64,000 nucleotides of DNA, taken from positions 103,256-167,255 of the forward strand of contig CAWFHW010000009.1 in NCBI GenBank assembly GCA_963815725.1, in the 5' to 3' direction. The stretch comes from an uncultured Solirubrobacterales bacterium (GTDB lineage: Bacteria; Actinomycetota; Thermoleophilia; Solirubrobacterales; Solirubrobacteraceae). The notes beneath the pieces were generated by a model. That model was not told the origin of the DNA, did no database searches, and saw only the letters and a program-made list of their open reading frames with translations. The position numbers and the translations under genes are program-made. Below, in pieces: positions 55,255-63,050 of the stretch (positions are counted from its first letter, which is position 1; every line of letters starts with the position of its first letter).

Positions 55255-55746
55255 CTACTCAAGGCTGTGGGTGTCTGTCCGGCTGTCCGGCAGCTCACCA
55301 TGCGCTGCCTCAAGATCGTGAAGATCGACGAGGTCGCGCTCGCGGCCGGCGATCCGCTTGAACGCGACAAGATCGGCCAGCGAGCAGATCGGAGCCTCCA
55401 CACCGTCGACACGACGTGTCTCGGCGCGGCCGGACACCTCGATAAAGCTGAGCGGCGGCAATCGCTCCGCGAGCAGGTCAAGCTCGCCATGAGGCGTCGC
55501 AAGGTGGATCGTCCTCCCGGGCGCAACGGCATCGTCCGGCACCGGTGATCCGTCCGGACGCATGGCGGGCCACTCGGCAATCAAGGCTCGCAGCCGCTCG
55601 AGATTCTCGACCTCCGGACCGAAGATCACATCGACGTCCCGAGTGGCACGAACGACGCCGTGGCGGATCAGCGCGATCCCACCGACGAGCACATAGCGCA
55701 CGCCCGCCCGGTTGAGGTCATCGAGGATCTGGCCGAAGCCGCTCAC
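55255..55746 (-). CDS. nucleotidyltransferase-fold protein (minimal NTase, DUF6036/AbiEii-like layout)
   Basis: Start set at GTG 55746 (VSGFGQILDDLNRAGVRYVLVGGIALIRHGVVRATRDVDV...). The upstream 112 aa of the track ORF look non-coding. Confidence 0.6.
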   Translation of the reverse strand: MSGFGQILDDLNRAGVRYVLVGGIALIRHGVVRATRDVDVIFGPEVENLERLRALIAEWPAMRPDGSPVPDDAVAPGRTIHLATPHGELDLLAERLPPLSFIEVSGRAETRRVDGVEAPICSLADLVAFKRIAGRERDLVDLHDLEAAHGELPDSRTDTHSLE

Positions 55747-55760
55747 CGCAGCGCGTGACC

Positions 55761-55958
55761 CTATTCCGGCGCCTCGATCTTGGTCCGACTCAGAGCAATG
55801 CCCTCCGCCAGCAGCTCGTCCGGATCGCGAGCGGCATCGCGTATGAGCCGATAACGGCGCCATGCCTCGCCCGCCGCGGCATCCTCGCCAGACGCTTCGG
55901 CCGCACGTGCTTTCCGCGAAGCCTCTTCCAACCGACTGACTGCACGTGGATCGGGCAT
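55761..55958 (-). CDS. small helical protein upstream of the NTase gene
   Basis: MPDPRAVSRLEEASRKARAAEASGEDAAAGEAWRRYRLIRDAARDPDELL... Stop lies 12 nt before the NTase GTG. Start could be 55979 or 55958. Confidence 0.4.
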   Translation of the reverse strand: MPDPRAVSRLEEASRKARAAEASGEDAAAGEAWRRYRLIRDAARDPDELLAEGIALSRTKIEAPE

Positions 55959-56049
55959 CGGTACAAGGATAGAGCGCAAGCCAAGTTGGAGTGAAACGCG
56001 GCTGGTCGAGGCACCCGCGAAAGCTGCACAACCAAGCCAAAAACCGAGA

Positions 56050-56096
56050 TGGCCAGACCCAGATTCGAACTGGGGACACCACGATTTTCAGTCGCG
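56050..56096 (-). other. tRNA-Phe(GAA) 3-prime fragment (anticodon arm to discriminator), not a complete tRNA
   Basis: Minus strand reads CGCGA-CTGAAAA-TCGTG (anticodon GAA), GTGTC, CCCAG-TTCGAAT-CTGGG, TCTGGCC-A. Upstream sequence cannot form the matching GGCCAGA acceptor strand or a D-arm. Confidence 0.6.
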
Positions 56097-56172
56097 TCGT
56101 GGGGCTCTCTCGCGCTGGTCCCAGGGGCCCACCTGGGCACCCTGGCGAAGATCATAGCCGGGCCAGTCCCCT

Positions 56173-56186
56173 AGCCAAATTTGGCT
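56173..56186. promoter_or_regulatory. perfect 14-bp palindrome AGCCAAATTTGGCT
   Basis: Read directly and cross-checked against the frame of track ORF 55991. Shares AGCC-N6-GGCT architecture with the palindrome at 59103-59118. Confidence 0.4.
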
Positions 56187-56367
56187 CTCCAAAGCCCCAC
56201 GAGCCAGGTCTCGCGGCGACTCCCGCGGGCTCTCCAGGCCCGGCCGTGGCCGGTCGGCGATACTCGCGGATGCACGTAGATTTACGCCGGTTTTGGTCGA
56301 AAACAGCCGACTTCGGCCAAAACCCTACGAGACCGAAAAGGGAGGTTCCCCCGCCAGCCGAGCCTGT

Positions 56368-57075
56368 AGAGGCGATCAGCGCGAAGCACTTCTTGCCGAG
56401 CAGCGCGTTGCCGCCGTACCCGGAGCCGTAGGAGACGATCTCGCGCGTCTCGGGGAAGTGCACGATGTACTTGTTCTCGGCGTTGCACGGCCAGGCAACG
56501 TCCTTGGCGCCGTCGTCCAGCGGCATCCCGACCGAGTGCAGGCACGGCACGAACTCGCCTTCGGAGCCGAGCGCCTCCAAAGCGCTCTGGCCCATCCGCG
56601 TCATGATCCGCATCGACACCGCGACGTAGGGCGAGTCGGTGAGCTGCACCCCTATATAGGACTTGTCCGAACCGAGCGGCCCCATCGAGAAGGGCACGGC
56701 GTACATCGTGCGTCCGCGCATACAGCCCGCGAGCAGGCCATTCAGGGTCTGGCGCATCTCGGCGGGGTCGCGCCAGTTGTTGGTCGGCCCAGCGCCGGCC
56801 TCTGTCGTCGAGCAGATGAATGTGCGGTCCTCGACGCGTGCGACATCCCCGGGGTCTGAGAGCGCGAGATAGGAGTTCGGCCGCTTGGCCTCGGATAGCC
56901 GCTTGAAGGTGCCCGAGTCGACGAGCGTCTGGCAGAGCTGGTCGTACTCCTCCTGCGACCCGTCGCACCAGTGGACGTTCTGGGGCTCGGTCAACTCGGC
57001 GGTCTGTGTGACCCACGCCAGCAGCTTTGGGTGCCTGGTGGGCGCTTGGGTATCCGGGGTCGCTGTATTGGTCAT
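56368..57075 (-). pseudogene. pckG: GTP-dependent phosphoenolpyruvate carboxykinase, N-terminal ~236 aa only (3-prime truncated)
   Basis: From MTNTATPDT (ATG 57075): [80 protein letters not shown]. Similarity then stops at about 56370 and the frame runs into unrelated sequence. The nucleotide-binding half is absent. Confidence 0.75.
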
Positions 57076-57123
57076 CGGACGGGCTGTCCTCCTGGGGTCG
57101 CGGACACTACACTGGTCAGTAAT

Positions 57124-57139
57124 CTTAGGAGGTCCTAAG
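57124..57139. promoter_or_regulatory. inverted repeat CTTAGGA-GG-TCCTAAG upstream of the P1 gene
   Basis: Read directly. Lies 13 nt upstream of ATG 57152 in the less GC-rich gap between the pckG remnant and P1. Confidence 0.35.
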
Positions 57140-57151
57140 CGAATAAGATTT

Positions 57152-58336
57152 ATGGCCATGTCTACTGCGCAGCCAGCCAAGCAAATTCCCGAGATCCTCA
57201 TCTCTCCGGTCTGGGGGCCGGTGCTCAGTCAAGCCGAAGACAAACTCGAACAGGAGCTGACCGCCAGCCATGCGCAGCGCTCGATCTCACCGCCGTTGGC
57301 ACGCGAAAGCGCCTCGGCGATACTCGCTCGCGCTCATGCCCACATGCTTACGGCCCTCGAGGGCGACTCCGTCCAGGGCCAGGGCGCCATCTGCGAGCTC
57401 ACCGACGACGCCGTTGCGCTGGTGCGCGCAATCCCACAGCTGTGGCTAGCGCACACCACCACGACCTACGAGTACCGCCTGCCAGCAATCGTCGCCGTCC
57501 TAGAGCGTCAGCTCAGCTCGCACGAGCACGACGTACTCAGCGGCGAGTTGACCTACTCCCTGAGCAACTCGGATGCCGAGCAGCCCGCGGCTCGGATGCG
57601 TCAATCGCTCGCCGAACTCGCTGGTCGCGATCGCGGCGGCCTCGGCGATCTGATCTCGGTGCAGACCGCCGCGATCACCCTCGCGGCACTCTTGCTGCGG
57701 GTGGCTGGCAACATCGCGACGGGTGCGTTGGCCAGCGAGGCGCCGGAACGGCGAACCCCGACGCTCGACCGGCTCCTGCGGCGCATCGAGCGTGAGATTG
57801 TAAGTCACGCCGAGGCACGCAGGCGAACCCTAGACGACGGGTATGACTCGGTCGGCCACTACCTGGCTAGCGCGCTGCGCGTACCCGTGCCACCAACATC
57901 GCCGGATGCTCTGGTTCGCGACACGGCCTATCTGGACTGCCTCCGTGAAGCGTGGTTGCACGTTGCCGCGCTCGAGCACATAGCAATTTCCACGCTCGAT
58001 CGAAAACTGCCCACGCCGATCTATCAACCGCGCCATGAGACGCTGGGCGTGGCTGTGATCGAGACCAGTACGAAGGTCCTGTGCGGGGGACGGCTCCTCG
58101 CGCGAGCAAGCGCATTCCGCCACGAGCAGGCATGGTGTGCACAGAGCACCGCTCTCAGCTACGCCCAAGAGATGTACATCAACGGTATTCCCGGGGCCTC
58201 CGACGGGTTCCAGCGCGCCCAGGCGCTAACGTTGACGCGCCTCGTGCGGGCGGCCGTAGCGATCGCGGCGATCGATCTCTCACGCAAAACCGACACAAAG
58301 ACCGACAACGTGCTTCCCGCCAGTCCGCCAACATGA
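57152..58336 (+). CDS. unknown all-alpha protein P1 (paralogue of 59221..60300)
   Basis: 394 aa from ATG 57152. Shares blocks with P2: [17 protein letters not shown] / [31 protein letters not shown] / [35 protein letters not shown] / AQLVVLTRLLRAVAALWVIDV. Confidence 0.7.
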   Translation: MAMSTAQPAKQIPEILISPVWGPVLSQAEDKLEQELTASHAQRSISPPLARESASAILARAHAHMLTALEGDSVQGQGAICELTDDAVALVRAIPQLWLAHTTTTYEYRLPAIVAVLERQLSSHEHDVLSGELTYSLSNSDAEQPAARMRQSLAELAGRDRGGLGDLISVQTAAITLAALLLRVAGNIATGALASEAPERRTPTLDRLLRRIEREIVSHAEARRRTLDDGYDSVGHYLASALRVPVPPTSPDALVRDTAYLDCLREAWLHVAALEHIAISTLDRKLPTPIYQPRHETLGVAVIETSTKVLCGGRLLARASAFRHEQAWCAQSTALSYAQEMYINGIPGASDGFQRAQALTLTRLVRAAVAIAAIDLSRKTDTKTDNVLPASPPT

Positions 58337-58432
58337 CGGTCGCGCTGCTCGCCGCGGACATAACTCTGAAAACCACCCATCCGACACTCGGGTCTCGACG
58401 GAAACACATCCTGCTCGTTATCTCACAGACTT

Positions 58433-58603
58433 ATGGACGATCTACGTTGTGAGATCTGTCGGGAGATCATCGGGGTGTATGAGCCGATGCGGGTGATCTT
58501 GTGCGACGGCAGCGAGCGCACGGGGTCGCGCTTGACGTTGCGCGACGAACTGCGCCAGCCCGGCAGCGTGGCGCTCCACAAAGACTGCCTGCGCCCTGAC
58601 TGA
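58433..58603 (+). CDS. 56-aa Cys-containing small protein (possible zinc-ribbon-like)
   Basis: Own translation: MDDLRCEICREIIGVYEPMRVILCDGSERTGSRLTLRDELRQPGSVALHKDCLRPD. Below the size cut-off of the track. No obvious RBS. Confidence 0.35.
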   Translation: MDDLRCEICREIIGVYEPMRVILCDGSERTGSRLTLRDELRQPGSVALHKDCLRPD

Positions 58604-58620
58604 CCCCGTGGCGGAGGGGA

Positions 58621-58992
58621 CTACTCGGAGCCCGAGAGCTCGCCGAGGACTGCCTGAGACTCGGTGAGGCTGGACGTCAGGATCTGCCGCGACACTTCAA
58701 GGAGCTGAAACATGCGTGGGTCGCGCACGGTGTAGTAGACGCTTGTGCCCTCGCGGCGACCCTCCAAGATGCCGTGCTTGCGCAACACCCCGAGGTGCTG
58801 GGAGGTTCCGCTGGAATCCATCTGCAACTCGTTCTGCAGGTTGCCGACGGTGCGCTCGCCCTCCCTGAGTAGCTCTAGGATGCGAACCCGGACAGGGTGA
58901 CCGAGGATACGGAAGAACTCGGCCTTCATCTGGTAGACGGCGCGGCGCTGAACCGCCTCTGGCACCGCACTCTCGCGCGAGCGTCGACTCAT
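58621..58992 (-). CDS. ArsR/SmtB-family transcriptional regulator
   Basis: FFRILGHPVRVRILELLREGERTVGNLQNELQMDSSGTSQHLGVLRKHGIL. Start set at ATG 58992 with GGAG 8 nt upstream. The track start 59043 lies in AT-rich sequence that looks non-coding. Confidence 0.8.
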   Translation of the reverse strand: MSRRSRESAVPEAVQRRAVYQMKAEFFRILGHPVRVRILELLREGERTVGNLQNELQMDSSGTSQHLGVLRKHGILEGRREGTSVYYTVRDPRMFQLLEVSRQILTSSLTESQAVLGELSGSE

Positions 58993-59102
58993 GCCAGCAC
59001 TCCTCGGGTGGAAGTTAGGTTCATAGTTCTTTACGCGACCCAATCAAAGTTGCGGACAAGCATGGCGCACGCACCGGCGCCGCCCGCAACCTTATTGGTA
59101 TC

Positions 59103-59118
59103 TAGCCTTATAAGGCTA
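59103..59118. promoter_or_regulatory. perfect 16-bp palindrome TAGCCTTATAAGGCTA (candidate ArsR operator)
   Basis: Read directly and cross-checked against the frame of track ORF 58897. Lies in the AT-rich gap between the divergent arsR-like gene and P2. Confidence 0.55.
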
Positions 59119-59220
59119 CAATATAAGCATGTCTTCGCGGGCCATCCGGTCGTCTGCCTGGTTTCGGCAACGGTGACGGCGGCGTCCCTGCATTCCTCAC
59201 CGCTACAGGAGGCGTGGGGT

Positions 59221-60300
59221 TTGGTCGCGAATTCGCAGACAGCGCAGATCGTCGCGGCGGACGAGCGGGCGACTCTTCAGCGCATCGACGACACGCTCGA
59301 CGTGTGCGCTTCAGGGCTTCAGGAGTTGCTGGCAGCGTCCCCTGCGGATAGTGAGCGCTGCCGCCGCGGCGCTCTGGAGTGCGCGGCATCGGTGCTCCGG
59401 GCGTTCGCGAGCATCGCGCCGCCAGACGATTCCCCAGTAGTTGCATGGCAGCTTCTGCGGACAGTCGATGACCGCCTCGTCTCGCACGAGAACAGTGTGC
59501 TCAGTGGGGAGCAGACCTACACGCTGGACCTCGACGTCCTGCGCGAGATTCCGGAGAGCGGGGACGCCTCGTTGTCCGGCCTCGACGGAGAGTCCAGCTC
59601 TCCGGCAGCGTGGGAGAGGCTTGAAGAAACGGCGGTCGTGCTGCTCATCGCCGCTGTGCGCACCGTGGCGAACATCGACACGGAAGCCGTCGGTCTCACA
59701 TCTTCGCCAGGCGTCTCCTCCAGAGTGCTCAGCCAGTTGCAACTGATCGTCGATGAGATCGATCGCGGGGCTCGTGGCCTTCCCGAGACCCCCGAAGGCG
59801 AGAGCGACCGTGTCGGCAGACTTCTCAGCGAAGTGCTGCGCGCGGGCCTTCCCAAGCACGTGGTTGACGATCTCACCGAAGCAGAGTCCTCCTCGCCGCA
59901 GCTCCGTAATGCGCTCGTCGTCGTGCGGTCGGTTTGGCTTGACATTGGTGCGCGCGAGCTTGAGATAGTGCGTCTACTCGACCGCGAGCTGCGGTCTCCG
60001 AGCTACGCGCACTTTCCGTCGTTGCGTCAGGCCGTGGTCGCTGGAGCTGCGAATGTCCTCGTGGGAGGGCGGCTGCTGGACCGTCCGGACGAGTTCCTGC
60101 TCGTCAATGCGCTTGTGCATCAACATGACGGTCTCGCCCATGCGGTCGAGTTCTACACCGCTGGCTTGCGCGGTCACGAACCCGCGCATACCCAGGCACA
60201 GCTCGTCGTCCTGACCAGGCTCTTGCGTGCGGTTGCGGCGCTTTGGGTTATCGATGTGCGCCTGCGTCAATCAAATGCCGCTGCGCCGGCAGCACGGTAG
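59221..60300 (+). CDS. unknown all-alpha protein P2 (paralogue of 57152..58336)
   Basis: Start proposed at TTG 59221, preceded by GGAGG 8 nt upstream. Its N-terminus VANSQTAQIVAADERATLQ aligns with P1 [13 protein letters not shown] 59173 and ATG 59062 are alternatives, but those run through the AT-rich operator region. Confidence 0.7.
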   Translation: MVANSQTAQIVAADERATLQRIDDTLDVCASGLQELLAASPADSERCRRGALECAASVLRAFASIAPPDDSPVVAWQLLRTVDDRLVSHENSVLSGEQTYTLDLDVLREIPESGDASLSGLDGESSSPAAWERLEETAVVLLIAAVRTVANIDTEAVGLTSSPGVSSRVLSQLQLIVDEIDRGARGLPETPEGESDRVGRLLSEVLRAGLPKHVVDDLTEAESSSPQLRNALVVVRSVWLDIGARELEIVRLLDRELRSPSYAHFPSLRQAVVAGAANVLVGGRLLDRPDEFLLVNALVHQHDGLAHAVEFYTAGLRGHEPAHTQAQLVVLTRLLRAVAALWVIDVRLRQSNAAAPAAR

Positions 60301-60318
60301 GCATGTCGCTCCATATGG

Positions 60319-61008
60319 TCAGGAAACGGATTTCGCGAGCGCGTCGCGCAGGAATGTCACGGTGCGCTCCCAGGAGCGCTGGGCGGCGTCTGCGTCATAG
60401 GTGCCCAGCCGGTTGGTGTCGTTGAAGAAGGCGTGCCCGGCGCCGGTGTACTTGTCGAAGATGACATCCACACCGGCGGTGCGGAGTTCCATTTCGAGGG
60501 TCTTGGCTTCCTTGAGCGAGATGAAACTGTCGGCGGTCCCGAAATGTCCGAGGACCGGTCCTTTGATCTTCGTAAAGTCCGGTTTGCCGTGTGGCATCAC
60601 GTAGTAGTAGGTGACAGCGGCGGCGATGTTCGGACAGGTGGCTGCCGCCCACAATGCGAGTCCGCCGCCGAGGCAGAATCCGACCGCCCCGACGCCCCGG
60701 CCCTCGAAGCCCGGCTGGGAGGCAAGGTAATCGGCGGCTCCGCACATATCCTGCTCTACCAGGTCCATCGAGAGCGCCATCATCTTCTGTTCGGCCTCGT
60801 TGGGCTGGATAGTCGTCTGTCCTCGATAGAGATCGGGGGCCAGCGCGTAGAAACCCTCGGCCGCGAGTCTGTCGCAGACCGAGCGGATGTGTTCGTCAAC
60901 GCCCCACCACTCCTGCAAGACGATCGTGGCGGGGCCGTACGCGGCGGCGGGTACCGCCAGGTAGCCCGGCGTGCTGCCAGCGCTGGTCGGGAACTCGATG
61001 TCAGGCAT
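60319..61008 (-). CDS. dienelactone hydrolase family protein
   Basis: Start MPDIEFPTSAGSTPGYLAVP (ATG 61008). VLQEWWGVDEHIRSVCDRLAAEGFYALAPDLY, GFCLGG, HAFFND. Confidence 0.85.
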   Translation of the reverse strand: MPDIEFPTSAGSTPGYLAVPAAAYGPATIVLQEWWGVDEHIRSVCDRLAAEGFYALAPDLYRGQTTIQPNEAEQKMMALSMDLVEQDMCGAADYLASQPGFEGRGVGAVGFCLGGGLALWAAATCPNIAAAVTYYYVMPHGKPDFTKIKGPVLGHFGTADSFISLKEAKTLEMELRTAGVDVIFDKYTGAGHAFFNDTNRLGTYDADAAQRSWERTVTFLRDALAKSVS

Positions 61009-61009
61009 G

Positions 61010-61558
61010 TCATTGCTCCTCAGTGTCGGTGTGTAAACCGCCGGCGTCAGTCGACGGGATGCTCGTGTTCTCACCCGAAGATCGGGGTGCGGAAGTGTTT
61101 CGCCTCGTGTTGGTCATCAGGCTGAGCAGCGCGTCGGCGATCTGCTGCGGGCTGGGTGGGCAGCCTGAGATGCGCAGGTCGACGGGTACGATCTCCTCTA
61201 GCGGCCCGGCGAGCTGCGTGGGGTCGCCGAGCACAGTGCGGCCGACCGCACAGTCACCGAGCGCGGCAACCAGGCGTGGCTCGGGCATCGCGTCATACGC
61301 ACGGCGCAGTGGCCCGGCCATGCGCGTGGTGATCTGCCCGGTGACCAGCAGGACGTCGGCATGGCGGGGCGATGCGACGATGCTCAGACCGTGGCGCTGT
61401 AGGTCGTAGTAGGGATTCGCGGCGGCGGTCAGCTCGTGCTCGCAGCCGTTGCATGACCCCGCGTCGACGTGGCGCAGCGCCAGTGATCCCCGCTGGCGTT
61501 GGGTGGGCAGCGCGATCTCTTTGCGGGTTTGCTGTAGGTGTCTGAGCAAGACGAACAT
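61010..61558 (-). CDS. NuoB/HycG-like [NiFe]-hydrogenase small subunit (group 4)
   Basis: GSCNGCEHEL, SPRHADVLLVTG, GDCA and GCPP cysteine motifs. Start set at ATG 61558, 4 nt after the large-subunit stop. Confidence 0.85.
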   Translation of the reverse strand: MFVLLRHLQQTRKEIALPTQRQRGSLALRHVDAGSCNGCEHELTAAANPYYDLQRHGLSIVASPRHADVLLVTGQITTRMAGPLRRAYDAMPEPRLVAALGDCAVGRTVLGDPTQLAGPLEEIVPVDLRISGCPPSPQQIADALLSLMTNTRRNTSAPRSSGENTSIPSTDAGGLHTDTEEQ

Positions 61559-61562
61559 CGCT

Positions 61563-63050
61563 TCAGCGGTCGGCGCATGCGTAACAGAGCTCAAAGCTCT
61601 TGTTGATCAGCGGGAAGTCGGGGAGCAGGTTCTCGCGCGCGGCGTACGCGAGGGCGGGCCAGTTGGCGTAGGAGCCGGTGCGCAGCTGCAGGCGTGCGAT
61701 CGTGCTCCCGTCGCTTTGTACGGTGCAGACCGTCTCTCCACGCGGGCTCTCCACGCGCCCGACGCCGAGCGCGGTCGGCGCCAGGTCGAGTTTCTTCGCG
61801 CCGCCGGGCGCGAAGTTGGCGGTGAGCAGCTCGTCGAGGATCGCGAAGGTCTGCTCCAGCTCAACTCGACGGATGTCGAGCCGCGCGGCCACGTCGCCGC
61901 TCACCAGTCCCGGCGCTGCGGACACGAACCGTGCGTAGGAGAGTCGCGGGCTTTCACTGCGCGTGTCGTGGTCGACGCCGGCGGCCCGTGCGGACGGTCC
62001 GACCATCCCCAGAACGATCGCGTCGTCCTTTGTCAGCCGTCCGACCGAGCCGAGTCGATCCTGCAGCGACCCCGCGAAACGCAACTCACGCCAGATGGCG
62101 CGCTGCTCGCCGTCCAGTCCGCGCAGCTCCTCGCGCGCGGCGCGCGCGTCGGCCTGCCCGATCCGCAGCGCGCTCGAGGCGAGCGTCACGGTGCCGAACA
62201 GGAAGCGATGGCCGGTCAGACGTTGGTTGAGTCGTTGCGCGCGCTCCTTGAACGCCGCGAACGCCATCGAGCCGGGCGCGAAGCCGACGCCTGCACAGAT
62301 CGCTGAGACGTCGTTCAGATGATTGTAGAGACGCTCGAGCTCAAGCAGCAGCGTGCGAGCGCGCCGCAGGTGACTGTCGGGCGCCAGCCCCAACATCGAC
62401 TCGCAAGCCTGCGCGTAAGCGACAGTGTTCGTGACCGCGCACGCGGCGCACGCACGCTGTACGTAGGCCAGCCCCTCGGTGAGCTGGCGACCCTCGGCGG
62501 CCACCTGGAGCCCGCGATGCTTGTAGAAGAGGCGCGGGTCGAGGTGCAGGATGCGCTCGCCCACGACGGTGAAGCGGAAATGCCCGGACTCGATCACTCC
62601 GGCGTGGATCGGGCCGACCGCGACCTGGTAGGGATCGTGGCCTTCCACGGGGACCGTCCATACACCGGACTCCTCAGGATGCTTGAGCAGCGACCGCAGT
62701 GGCTCGTGACCGTCGAAGCGCACGCCGTATGAGTCGTATGCCTCGCGCTCGTCCCAAGCAGCGGCCGCGAACAGGTCGACCAGCGTGTCGATCGTGCCCG
62801 CCGGCACCGGCGCGCTGAGCACGTGCTCCAAGCCGCCGCGAGCGAACACGCAGTTGACCTGCAGGCCCTGGTGCCCGTCGCCGGCGAACAGCCCGCAGAA
62901 GCGCCCACCGGCCTGCGCTTGGCGTTCGCACGCTGTGCGCCACTCCCGCGGCGCGACGCGCTGCACCTGAGCGGACGTCAGTACGGGGAGGATCGCTCGC
63001 GCGCGAGCACTCGAGCGGTTCCCGCTGCTTATGCGGTCCGTGCCGCTCAT
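61563..63050 (-). CDS. group 4 [NiFe]-hydrogenase large subunit with fused NuoC-like N-terminus (HycE/NuoCD-like)
   Basis: WDEREAYDSYGVRFDGHEP (NuoC-like), VGPIHAGVIESGHFRF, N-terminal CxxC in QRACAACAV, and C-terminal ELCYACADR ending the protein. ATGA overlap with the upstream gene. Confidence 0.8.
   Translation of the reverse strand: MSGTDRISSGNRSSARARAILPVLTSAQVQRVAPREWRTACERQAQAGGRFCGLFAGDGHQGLQVNCVFARGGLEHVLSAPVPAGTIDTLVDLFAAAAWDEREAYDSYGVRFDGHEPLRSLLKHPEESGVWTVPVEGHDPYQVAVGPIHAGVIESGHFRFTVVGERILHLDPRLFYKHRGLQVAAEGRQLTEGLAYVQRACAACAVTNTVAYAQACESMLGLAPDSHLRRARTLLLELERLYNHLNDVSAICAGVGFAPGSMAFAAFKERAQRLNQRLTGHRFLFGTVTLASSALRIGQADARAAREELRGLDGEQRAIWRELRFAGSLQDRLGSVGRLTKDDAIVLGMVGPSARAAGVDHDTRSESPRLSYARFVSAAPGLVSGDVAARLDIRRVELEQTFAILDELLTANFAPGGAKKLDLAPTALGVGRVESPRGETVCTVQSDGSTIARLQLRTGSYANWPALAYAARENLLPDFPLINKSFELCYACADR

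Noticed and set aside
53012-55580. 668-aa plus-strand and 575-aa minus-strand ORFs overlapping 52794..55172
   Set aside because: Both are alternative frames of the membrane/Vps62-like gene. They have R/G/P-rich low-complexity composition, whereas the chosen frame has TM helices and a recognisable domain motif.
56050-56130. A complete tRNA gene
   Set aside because: Only the anticodon arm, variable loop, T-arm and 3-prime acceptor strand fold. The 26 nt upstream give neither a complementary acceptor strand (GGCCAGA expected) nor a D-arm, so it is reported as a fragment.
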